From positions 1 to 37,089 of the forward strand of contig QNVF01000009.1 of the NCBI GenBank assembly GCA_004347965.1: 37,089 bases of DNA. The letters are read 5' to 3'. The position numbers and the translations under genes were made by a program. The notes beneath the pieces are model-generated. The model searched no databases, was not told the DNA's origin, and saw only the letters and a list, made by a program, of their open reading frames with translations. Position 1 is the first letter of the stretch. Each line of letters starts with the position of its first letter. Positions 20,987 to 29,394 of the stretch are shown here, piece after piece. The stretch is from Candidatus Nezhaarchaeota archaeon WYZ-LMO8 (GTDB lineage: Archaea > Thermoproteota > Methanomethylicia > Nezhaarchaeales > WYZ-LMO8).

Positions 20987-21069
20987 GAGCCCTCTTCCCA
21001 GCCGTTAGTTAAATCTATCTACCTCCATATAAGCAATATAATCAGCTTAGAGAGTTGTGGTGACTCTCG

Positions 21070-22887
21070 TTGTGCGGAATTTTCGGCTGTACGTCGTTGA
21101 AGGAAGGGGTGTCAAAGCTCATTTACTCCTCGCTTAAGAGGTTAGAATACAGAGGATACGATTCTGTAGGTTTAGCTACAATATGTAATGGACATATCTT
21201 CTTGAAGAAGGATCAAGGGAAGGTAGAGGAAGTAGAGAGAAGATTAAGTCTTAGTGCATTACCTGGAAGGTGTGGGATAGGACATACTCGCTGGGCCACG
21301 CATGGAGCTCCCTCCAAGGAGAATGCACATCCTCTGACGGACTGTGAAGGCAAGGTGGCTGTGGCTCATAACGGCATCATCGAGAACTATTTAGAGTTGC
21401 GTAGCAAGCTAGGGGATTCAGGGCATAAGTTACGTTCTAGAACTGATAGCGAAATAATAGCGCACTTAATTGAGGAACTCCTCAATAAAGGTCTTACACT
21501 AGAAGAGGCTGTTAGGCAAGCAACATTAACGTTAAGGGGGTCATACGCCTTTGCAGTCATCTCGCCACTATGTGAAGATAAGATCGTTTGCGTCAGAATG
21601 GAAAGCCCATTAGTCATAGGTCTCTCACGAGACTATACCTGTCTCTCATCCGATATACCAGCCCTTCCTCCAGATGTGGAGAGCATTATAGTGATGAATG
21701 ATGGGGAGCTTGCTGTACTTACTCCTCACTCCATCGTCATTAGGGACTTGGAGTCTAATCAACAGCTACCACTTAGGATAGTGGCTAAAGAGAGCGTGAC
21801 GTGCCTAGCCGATCGAGGCGGCTTTACTCACTACATGATCAAAGAGATATTTGAGCAACCTCAAGCAGCTCTTAACGTTATCAATGCTCCTCGCTACTAC
21901 ATAGTTAAATTAGCTGAAGAGCTTGTTAAGTCTGATAGGGTTTACTTAATTGGTTGTGGAACATCATATCATGCATGTTTATTTGGCTCCTACGTCCTAC
22001 GCTCAATAGCTGATATTGACGCTCAACCAGTCATCGCATCAGAATTTAGCGAAAGCCACGTCAAGTTGGGGAAGGATGTAGCCATCCTTGCTATATCACA
22101 ATCAGGAGAGACGGCTGATGTACTACAAGTCCTGAGATCTTACGTGAACAAAGATGTTAAACTTCTAGCACTAACCAACGTTATGGGGTCCTCGATAACA
22201 AGGCTTGTATCTTCGTATGTTGGACTCTATGCTGGTCCAGAAATAGGTGTAGCAGCCACTAAAACGTTTATTGCAGAACTTTTAATGCTCACCAGAATAA
22301 GCATAGAAGTAGCTAGAATTAAGGGTGTAAATGTTGATCTCATCTCAGGTGTCGAGAGTATCCTAAGGTCTTCACCAAAGCTGATAGAGAGATCTCTCAC
22401 GCTTAATGAGCCCTTAGCCAAGAGTTTATCCGTTTACTTATCCTTAAAGAATAGTGCCTTCTTCTTAGCAAGAGGAGTAAACATAGTTACAGCCCTTGAG
22501 GGAGCTTTAAAGCTAAAGGAGATAAGCTATATTCACGCTGAAGGCTATCCTGCAGGAGAATCAAAGCATGGGCCCATAGCTCTCGTTGAAGAAGGTTTTC
22601 CATGCATCTTCGTATGTCCTCATGATGAAACTTACTACAAAATACTAGGCAACGTAATGGAGATGAAGGCTAGAGGAGCCTTTGTAATTTCATGCGTCGA
22701 GGAAGGTGATAAAGAAGTTAGAGAGACATCAGATAGGATCTTCGTTCTTCCGAAGATCGAAACTAAGCTTTTAACACCTATACTGCACGTAGTACCGCTT
22801 CAGCTCCTCGCTTATTACACAGCTATTGCTCGAGGTTACGACCCCGATAAACCTCGAAACCTCGCCAAGTCCGTTACAGTCCCTTAG
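21070..22887 (+). CDS. glmS: Glucosamine--fructose-6-phosphate aminotransferase (isomerizing)
   Basis: N-terminal CGIFG, LEYRGYDS, GHTRWATHG, HNGIIEN, SQSGETAD, ATKT, KLKEISY, KHGP, DKPRNLAKSVTV. Confidence 0.97.
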   Translation: MCGIFGCTSLKEGVSKLIYSSLKRLEYRGYDSVGLATICNGHIFLKKDQGKVEEVERRLSLSALPGRCGIGHTRWATHGAPSKENAHPLTDCEGKVAVAHNGIIENYLELRSKLGDSGHKLRSRTDSEIIAHLIEELLNKGLTLEEAVRQATLTLRGSYAFAVISPLCEDKIVCVRMESPLVIGLSRDYTCLSSDIPALPPDVESIIVMNDGELAVLTPHSIVIRDLESNQQLPLRIVAKESVTCLADRGGFTHYMIKEIFEQPQAALNVINAPRYYIVKLAEELVKSDRVYLIGCGTSYHACLFGSYVLRSIADIDAQPVIASEFSESHVKLGKDVAILAISQSGETADVLQVLRSYVNKDVKLLALTNVMGSSITRLVSSYVGLYAGPEIGVAATKTFIAELLMLTRISIEVARIKGVNVDLISGVESILRSSPKLIERSLTLNEPLAKSLSVYLSLKNSAFFLARGVNIVTALEGALKLKEISYIHAEGYPAGESKHGPIALVEEGFPCIFVCPHDETYYKILGNVMEMKARGAFVISCVEEGDKEVRETSDRIFVLPKIETKLLTPILHVVPLQLLAYYTAIARGYDPDKPRNLAKSVTVP

Positions 22888-23901
22888 ATCTTCTAAGATC
22901 TATGGTATCGAAGATGTCAGGCCCCGTGCTTATTATCGTTACGGGCACCTTCAATGTATTCTCTATCTCCTCTATGAACTTCTTAGCTTCACGAGGTAGC
23001 TTATCGTAATCCCTAATCTTTGAAGCTGTAGGGAACAATGTATCTACCCTTGTAAGAGCTATTTGAGTTGCACTATTAGCTAGAACTGCTCTTCTGGCTA
23101 AATCAAAGTTGAAGGGCGCTACCCTTCTCCTTCTTCCAGTTACGGTAGCAACCTCTATAAGCCCTCGCTTTTCGGCCTCCTCCTCTGAGAGCTCACCGAG
23201 AAGCGGTCCTCCACCAACTCTAGTTACATAGGACTTGAAGACGACGATCACTTCATCAACCATCTTTGGCCCTATACCCACCTCGCTGCAGATAGCTGAT
23301 GCAGTCGTATCTCGACTGGTGACGTATGGATAAGTCCCATGATAAAGGGAGAGGTAGTATCCTTGAGTTCCTTCAAGTAATACGTTGTGACCTTGCTGAT
23401 ACGTGTTCCACAATATCATAAGGACGTCGTCTAAATATTCCTCTAACTCCTTCACATCACGAGCAAGCTTAGCCACTCTTCTCACTCTATCAGCCATAGC
23501 TGCTCCAACTCCTTGTCCTGTTGAGCCTATCTTAGAGATCAAGTAAGCATCTTCTCTCTCCTTCTTCACGTGCTCGTCTTCGATTATGGATGCTTGAGGA
23601 TCTATCTTAAGCCTGTCCTTGGCTTTCGTTAGCTCTATCTCTTTCATTAAGACGTCTATCCTAATATTGGCTCCAGCCGCTATGCAGAGTATCGCATTGG
23701 GGTTTACGAACCCGCAAGGTATCATCCTCAACTTGTACTCTACACCATTATAAGTTACAGTATGACCTGCATTGACTGATCCAGTTCTTACGGCTACTCG
23801 AACATCGTCTCTTAATGATAGGTAGGCACAAATTTTTCCTTTTAGGGGGCTAACACCTTTCCCTCGTCTCCAAAGAAGCCTCCAACAACTACTGTTAGCA
23901 A
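22874..23901 (-). CDS. purA: Adenylosuccinate synthetase, intron-split: join(complement 23859..23901, 22874..23841), 336 aa after splicing
   Basis: Exon 1 from TTG at 23901 reads MLTVVVGGFFGDEG. Exon 2, in another frame, reads KGKICAYLS...RTGSVNAGHTV...GSTGQG...EGTQG...GTYPYVTS...TVTGRRRR...STGP. Removing 17 nt gives 1011 nt, fitting the short archaeal PurA. The ORF track sees only 22874..23731. Confidence 0.93.
23842..23858 (-). other. 17-nt BHB/BHL-type intron in purA mRNA (AGGUGUUAGCCCCCUAA)
   Basis: mRNA folds as AGGG-AA|A-GGU(GUUA)GCC-CCCU-AA|A: 4-bp helix AGGG/CCCU, two AAA bulges, 3-bp inner hairpin. Canonical cuts restore GAG GGA AAA GGA AAA (E-G-K-G-K). Confidence 0.88.
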
Positions 23902-24992
23902 GCCTCTAACCCCCAATAGGGTTTTAGAACTTCTTCGCAGACCTCACTTATCACTCTTAATCCTTCTGCTCTCACTTTATTGGTTGAAGAGGTTTCGGCT
24001 TCCCTTATTAGCGGCATGTTCGTGAAGTAAGCAACGATATTGTGTACCCCTTGTGCAAGCCCTGGACCATAGCCTCCTTCAAGTACGAAGATAGCTTTTC
24101 TTGTCACGTCCTCTTCTTTCAACCTCTTAACCAACTCAGCTATCTCTAGGAAGGAGTTCAGCGATAGGTTCATGGATGTTATTGGGTCATCTTTATGTGC
24201 ATCAAAGCCTGCAGACAATAACAATATCTCTGGCTTATACTTTCTGAGAACCTTGCTTACTACTTTGTTTAACACCTCTTTATATAAGTCGTCAGCAGTG
24301 AATGGAGGCAATGGGATGTTTATGTTATATCCTACACCCTCTCCTTCACCTACCTCATTGATAAACCCTGTACCAGGGTAAGCAGTTCTTCCATCCTGGT
24401 GGGTGCTTATGTACAACACCGATTTGTCATCGTAGAATATTTCTTGAGTTCCATTTCCGTGATGACAATCAAAGTCGAATATTGCTATTCGCGTTAATCC
24501 AATCTCGTTCACTAGATATTTTGCTGCTATGGCAACGTTGTTAAATAAGCAAAAACCTAAGGTCGGTGCTCCTAGAGCTGCTCCCGACTTGCCTGCGTGA
24601 TGCCCAGGAGGTCTTTCTAAGATGAAGCACACATCGTAATCTTCCTCTAAAACCTTCTTACACCCCAAGATTGCTGATCCTGCAGCATAAAGTGCTACTT
24701 CAAAACTTTCCTTTGATACTTGCGTGTCTGGATCTAAGTACCTCTTACCACTTGTAATGGCTCGTTCCACGTACTTAACGTATTCTTCATCGTGAACTGC
24801 AAGTACATCATCTATCGACGCCTTGACGGCCTTCTCAACTTTAACCTTAGACAGCACATTACCCTCCTTCAGCACCCTCATCACGTCTATTAGCCTTTGA
24901 GGTCTCTCAGGATGGTAAGGATCAGTATTGTGCTTCAAGAACACATCATCATAAACTATGCAAAGTGAGGAGTTACTCATTTCAAGCACCAA
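23895..24992 (-). CDS. Histone deacetylase (class I/II)-family Zn-dependent deacetylase
   Basis: HPERPQR, RPPGHHA, GFCLFNN, DFDCHHGNGTQE, YPGTG, SAGFDAH..DP, LEGGY. Confidence 0.94.
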   Translation of the reverse strand: MVLEMSNSSLCIVYDDVFLKHNTDPYHPERPQRLIDVMRVLKEGNVLSKVKVEKAVKASIDDVLAVHDEEYVKYVERAITSGKRYLDPDTQVSKESFEVALYAAGSAILGCKKVLEEDYDVCFILERPPGHHAGKSGAALGAPTLGFCLFNNVAIAAKYLVNEIGLTRIAIFDFDCHHGNGTQEIFYDDKSVLYISTHQDGRTAYPGTGFINEVGEGEGVGYNINIPLPPFTADDLYKEVLNKVVSKVLRKYKPEILLLSAGFDAHKDDPITSMNLSLNSFLEIAELVKRLKEEDVTRKAIFVLEGGYGPGLAQGVHNIVAYFTNMPLIREAETSSTNKVRAEGLRVISEVCEEVLKPYWGLEAC

Positions 24993-25057
24993 TCATTTCT
25001 CCGGCTTTAAACTTTAAATAAGCTTCTTGTCTCCTTGAGAAGCTGGTGCGTAGGTAA

Positions 25058-25690
25058 TTGAGCTCTAGGGTTGAATTAAAGCCTACGCGGATGGAGTTAA
25101 TAAACTTACGTAGAAGAAAAAGGTTAGCAGAAAGAGGTCTTGCCCTTCTGAAAGAGAAGCGTGACGCGCTAGTCATGGAGCTACTTTCTCTAGCTAAAGA
25201 ATACCAAACAGTTATGCTTGAAGTTAGGGAGAAGATGGAGAATGCGATGAGCTATCTAGCATTAGCAAAAGCTGATTTAGGTATGTATAAGCTTAATGAG
25301 ATCGTAGCAAGCCTGAAACCTCAAGTAACCATAGATGTTAAGTTTCGAAGCATAATGGGTGTAGTAACGCCTATGTTCAAAGTCTTGCCATCGGTAGACG
25401 CGAACACACCACCATACAACTTAATTGGCACATCATCCTACCTTGATGAAGCCACTAAAGCGTTTAGAGATGCCTTCATGTCAGTTATAAGACTTGCTGA
25501 AATTCAAGCCGTTGCAAGAAGGATAGCTGAAGAAGTTGAGAAAGCTAAGAGGAGAGTTAATGCTCTCGAGAACGTTGTCATACCAACGATAGAAAGGAAT
25601 ATCAAATACATAGAGCTGTACTTGGATGAGCGAGCTCGCGAAGACATTTTTCGATTAAGGCTTTTAAAGAAGAAGCGTGTAAGGAAGTGA
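25058..25690 (+). CDS. atpD: A/V-type ATP synthase subunit D
   Basis: PTRMEL..L, LLKEKRDAL, SIMGV..P, KRRVNALENV.IP, LDE..RE..FRL. Confidence 0.95.
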   Translation: MSSRVELKPTRMELINLRRRKRLAERGLALLKEKRDALVMELLSLAKEYQTVMLEVREKMENAMSYLALAKADLGMYKLNEIVASLKPQVTIDVKFRSIMGVVTPMFKVLPSVDANTPPYNLIGTSSYLDEATKAFRDAFMSVIRLAEIQAVARRIAEEVEKAKRRVNALENVVIPTIERNIKYIELYLDERAREDIFRLRLLKKKRVRK

Positions 25691-25695
25691 TGCTT

Positions 25696-26049
25696 TTACA
25701 TACCTCTTAAGTAAAGGATTGCTCGGGCAAGATCGCCCTTAGTCGCCTTCAATGCTTTCCTAGCCTCTTCGAGGCTTACACCTGCTTGAGAGGCAACGAG
25801 CTGAACATCTTCCTCAGATATGCTTACCTCTTCTACGACTAAAGATCTCTCCTCAACCTCACCAGTTACTTGAAATATTGTTTGATTTCCAACCTTCATG
25901 CTGGTTACTTGAGGATTCCTAATTACTATTTCTTTATCTCGAAGCCTAAATACGACACTTTCAACTCCCTCAACTTGTTCAATTGAAAGCCCAGCTTTCT
26001 TAACTACATGTAACATCTTCTGCAGTTCTCTTGGGCTTATCCCTTTCAC
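25696..26049 (-). CDS. nac: Nascent polypeptide-associated complex protein (archaeal NAC)
   Basis: NAC domain followed by a UBA-like tail EEDVQLVASQAGVS.EEARKAL..TKGDLARAI. Confidence 0.93.
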   Translation of the reverse strand: MKGISPRELQKMLHVVKKAGLSIEQVEGVESVVFRLRDKEIVIRNPQVTSMKVGNQTIFQVTGEVEERSLVVEEVSISEEDVQLVASQAGVSLEEARKALKATKGDLARAILYLRGM

Positions 26050-26545
26050 TCTCTACTCCCCTCCTAACTTTCACGGCTACGCCCGAATTAAATGCTCGCA
26101 TTTCGTAGCTTGATAGCAGGGCTCGACCAACAGCGAGCAAGTTGTCTTCTTCGTCCACTACAAGAACCTCATCTCCACAGCGAATTTCAGGGTCTACATC
26201 AACTACGTGCTTTGCAAAGACACTCCTTCCTCGCTTTATGAAATCTCTAATCTCATTCTTAACTACCACTCTAAGCTTTGGCCTCTTGAAGTGTTTTTGC
26301 AATATTCTAGCTCCTTCAATCGTTAAAGCTAGAAAGCCATCATTCCACCTGATTGTTGCTAAAAGCCTTCCTTCAGAGTCATACACGTACCGTGGCTTTC
26401 CAGTTCTCCTCGATGTCTCTACCTTCAGCCCCCTTGAGACTAGTGCTTCTCCAGCACCAGCTCCAAACTGATAGTCAGCTCGTACCTTCACCAGTCTTGC
26501 CAGAAACTCCTCATTCAAGCCAGCCACAATACATTTTAACTTCAA
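26000..26545 (-). CDS. PUA-domain RNA-binding protein (archaeosine TGT C-terminal-like)
   Basis: ADYQFG.GAG, S.RTGK.R, DG.L.LT..GA, GRSVFAKHV...D..IR.GDEVLVVDE...LLAVG, GVAVKVR. True start may be slightly downstream. Confidence 0.85.
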   Translation of the reverse strand: MKLKCIVAGLNEEFLARLVKVRADYQFGAGAGEALVSRGLKVETSRRTGKPRYVYDSEGRLLATIRWNDGFLALTIEGARILQKHFKRPKLRVVVKNEIRDFIKRGRSVFAKHVVDVDPEIRCGDEVLVVDEEDNLLAVGRALLSSYEMRAFNSGVAVKVRRGVESERDKPKRTAEDVTCS

Positions 26546-26583
26546 TCTGTAAATTAATACCTAGTCCCTAGGGGGCTAAAGGG

Positions 26584-27045
26584 TTGATATGTGAGCTTTG
26601 CGGCAAGCCGATAATCGGAAAGCCGATAAAATCTTGGATTGAAGGTGCGCAATTAACTGTATGCCACCGATGCTCTCGCTATGGCTCTACCGTAAAACCC
26701 GCTACTCAACGAGCTACTCTTCAACAATTACCAAAGCGTAGGGAGGTGAGGACAGAACTGGAGAACATGGTCTTAGTGGGCAACTACAATGTCCTCATTC
26801 GTCAAGCTAGAGAAAGCATGGGTTTAACTCAAGAAGATTTAGCGAGGTTAATAGGCGAAAAGGAGTCTATAATCCGAAGATTAGAAAGTGGTCGCATGAC
26901 ACCAACGTTAGAGCTGGCTAAAAAGCTTGAGAGATTATTGAAGATAAAGCTTTATGAGGAGGTTCGTCAGGAGCAAGAAGTGCCTAGACCTCAAAACTTT
27001 GAGTTAACGTTGGGCGATGTTGCAGTAATAAGAGAACGCAAATAA
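26584..27045 (+). CDS. Multiprotein bridging factor aMBF1
   Basis: Zn ribbon CELCG...VCHRC..YG, HTH IRQARE.MGLTQEDLA...EKES.I.R.E.G, C-terminal TLGD. Confidence 0.92.
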   Translation: MICELCGKPIIGKPIKSWIEGAQLTVCHRCSRYGSTVKPATQRATLQQLPKRREVRTELENMVLVGNYNVLIRQARESMGLTQEDLARLIGEKESIIRRLESGRMTPTLELAKKLERLLKIKLYEEVRQEQEVPRPQNFELTLGDVAVIRERK

Positions 27046-27066
27046 TCAAGGAATAATCCTCTATCG

Positions 27067-28158
27067 CTAACTTGACTGCATACTCAATTTTTCGACTATC
27101 TTCTTTAAAAGAAAGTCTACATTGACGTTCTTCTTAGCGCTTATAGGCACTAAGTCGCAACTAGGTGCTAAGCTCTTTGCGAGCCTTACTGAGTTCTCAA
27201 GCCTTGAATCACCTATCAAGTCCATCTTATTAATCGCTATAATCAAGGGTTTGTCACCACCTATCTCCGATATTATTGATAAGGAGCCTTTGAGCTTTCT
27301 ATCTATGGTCGAGGGGGCATCAGATGCATCGATGAGTAGCACTATTAAATCAGCCAATCTTAACTCCACTAGCGTGGCATGAAACGCATCAAGTATTAAT
27401 TGCGGCATTTCATCAATAAACCCAAGAGAATCGACAACTATGAAGCTTCTGCCATGAGCGTTAACCCTTCTAGCACATGTCTCAAGTGTAGTGAACGGTC
27501 CAAGCCCCGTTACTTTGCCCTCCTTCGTTAGAAGGTTGAATAGTGTGGTTTTACCGGATTGTGTGTAGCCAGCCAAAGCAACTATGGGGAGGTTTATCTT
27601 CTTACGTTGAAATACTGTCTTCTCTTGCTTCTTCTTCATGCTCTCTAACTTCTCCTCTATTATTTTAATCCTTCGTCGAGCAAAAGATAGGTAAGCTTTG
27701 TATGGATAGCCTCCAAGCGATCCAAAACCCATTTTTTCACTACCAAAACCTTTCAATCTTACAAGTTCTCGTGCCCACGGCAAGGTGTACCTTAGTCTCG
27801 CAAGCTCTATCTGAAGCTTTGCTTCAGATGTTGAAGCTCTTTTGTCAAAGACATTTAAGATTAAGAGGACTCTATCTAAGATGTCTACTTCAAGGCCTAG
27901 ATCTCTCTGCAATCTAAAGTATTGCCCAGGCTTTAGCTCATTGGCAAAGATCACCGTTTTGATGCCATATTTTCTTAGACTATCTTTAAGCTCTTGAAGC
28001 TTTCCTGGTCCTATTAGGTAGCTTGTGTGGGGTGTCTTCCTTATTTGAATGACTTTATTGACTATCAGGTACCCACTATTTCTTGCCAACTCTTCAATCT
28101 CTTTAAGCCTGAAGTCGTCTTTCATTGAGAAAACTCCAACTATCACTGCCTTCTCCAC
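27067..28158 (-). CDS. hflX: Ribosome-associated GTPase HflX
   Basis: IG.GKL.E, DR..LIL..F..RA.T.EAKLQIELA.L.Y, G1 GYTQSGKTT, FTTL, DSLGFI, AF.ATL.E, NKMD, ISA. Confidence 0.9.
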   Translation of the reverse strand: MEKAVIVGVFSMKDDFRLKEIEELARNSGYLIVNKVIQIRKTPHTSYLIGPGKLQELKDSLRKYGIKTVIFANELKPGQYFRLQRDLGLEVDILDRVLLILNVFDKRASTSEAKLQIELARLRYTLPWARELVRLKGFGSEKMGFGSLGGYPYKAYLSFARRRIKIIEEKLESMKKKQEKTVFQRKKINLPIVALAGYTQSGKTTLFNLLTKEGKVTGLGPFTTLETCARRVNAHGRSFIVVDSLGFIDEMPQLILDAFHATLVELRLADLIVLLIDASDAPSTIDRKLKGSLSIISEIGGDKPLIIAINKMDLIGDSRLENSVRLAKSLAPSCDLVPISAKKNVNVDFLLKKIVEKLSMQSS

Positions 28159-28165
28159 AACGTCG

Positions 28166-28717
28166 TCACCTTAAGATCTTGACCCTCTTACCTCTGCAGC
28201 TAGGCTCAATCTCGATTTTACCTCCTTCAAACTTTAAACCAAATTCCTTACCTTCGTAAAGCCAATCTAAGAATACTGCTATGGCAGCTACTTCACTGTG
28301 AGGTTGATTGGTTATGGAGACGTTGTAGTCAGCTACTTCGTAGAAGTACTTGGGTACTTTTGGACCCCCTACAAGTATCAGTAGCTTATCCTTACCTCTA
28401 ATTTCTCCTATAACTTGAGGAAGAGGAATGCCGTACATGGTCAGGTGAACTATGCAGAAACCCTTCATCTTTAGCTCCTTTATCGTACTTGGAACATTTA
28501 CTCCTGTTTTCGCAGCAAAGCTTCCACCAAACGTCTTATTTACTTGATATATTTTCTTCTCTATGTTTTCATCCTTCTCGTCAAACCAGGCTTCATGGGC
28601 TCCAAAGGCTCGAGCTACTAGTGCTAAGTGAGTACTTATTCTCCTATCTCTTACAGGTCTATGACCGTATCTTAACACGATAATCTTTCTCACACTCGTT
28701 GTTAACTGAGTCAGCAT
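28166..28717 (-). CDS. trm56: tRNA (cytidine56-2'-O)-methyltransferase Trm56
   Basis: VLRYGHRPVRDRRISTHLALVARAFGA, VHLTMYG, VGGPKVP, ADYNVSITNQPHSEVAA. Confidence 0.95.
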   Translation of the reverse strand: MLTQLTTSVRKIIVLRYGHRPVRDRRISTHLALVARAFGAHEAWFDEKDENIEKKIYQVNKTFGGSFAAKTGVNVPSTIKELKMKGFCIVHLTMYGIPLPQVIGEIRGKDKLLILVGGPKVPKYFYEVADYNVSITNQPHSEVAAIAVFLDWLYEGKEFGLKFEGGKIEIEPSCRGKRVKILR

Positions 28718-28761
28718 TTTTAAACTTGTTAGATCAGTGTAACCTTAGGTGGTAGAACTTC

Positions 28762-29289
28762 ATGGCCTTCATAGCATCAGCGCAGTACAGCGAAGAGTCT
28801 GTAGACGTATTATTGAGACTTATTGCTGTTCTTTCTGGTGAAGATGCTGTTAAGGTAGTTAAGGTGCTTTTAAACGAAAAAGAGGTGAGCGATGAAGTTT
28901 TAGCTGAAAAAACTGGGATGAGACTTAATCAGGTTAGGCGTATTCTGTACGACTTACTGGATAAGCACATAGTTACATATCGAAGAGAAGCTAGTGAGAG
29001 AGGAGGTTACCACCTCTACATATGGTCTTTGAATGGAGAGGGTCTAAGGAGGATGGTGAAGGAAAGGAAGGGGCACGTCCTCAACAGGTTGCGTGAAAGA
29101 CTCCTATACGAACAGCAAAACATGTTTTTTGTGTGCCCTAATGGTTGTAACGGGAGAGTGACCTTTGATAAAGCTATGGATCATCAGTTTAAGTGCTCTA
29201 AGTGTGGTGCCATTCTACAAAGCTTTGATAACTCTAAAATCATTGAGAAGTTGAGGTTAAGAATAGAGTCTCTGGAGAAAGATCCTTGA
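28762..29289 (+). CDS. tfe: Transcription factor E alpha subunit
   Basis: wHTH SDE.LAEKTG..LN.VRRILY.L, Y.W, Zn ribbon F.CPNGC...F..A....FKCSKCG..L...DN. Confidence 0.93.
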   Translation: MAFIASAQYSEESVDVLLRLIAVLSGEDAVKVVKVLLNEKEVSDEVLAEKTGMRLNQVRRILYDLLDKHIVTYRREASERGGYHLYIWSLNGEGLRRMVKERKGHVLNRLRERLLYEQQNMFFVCPNGCNGRVTFDKAMDHQFKCSKCGAILQSFDNSKIIEKLRLRIESLEKDP

Positions 29290-29394
29290 AGTTAGCATTG
29301 AATATATGTACTTTAAGCTTAAGGTGGTAAGATGATCAGTTAAAATACGTAAGGTTTATCTCGCCTTAAAGATGTAACGCAATTGTGGATTTTT

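Noticed and set aside
24555..24600. Apparent insertion GAALGAPT in the deacetylase as a possible in-frame intron
   Set aside because: No BHB fold, and I recall similar loops in other archaeal deacetylases.
26569..26579. TAGGGGGCTAA identical to part of the purA intron
   Set aside because: Only 11 nt, intergenic, no BHB context; plausible by chance given the number of intron substrings compared.
29322..29343. GGTGG followed by a 3-codon mini-ORF (ATG ATC AGT TAA) upstream of pyrG
   Set aside because: A TATA-like element (AAGG-TTTATC) lies downstream of it, so it may not be on the pyrG transcript; too short to support.
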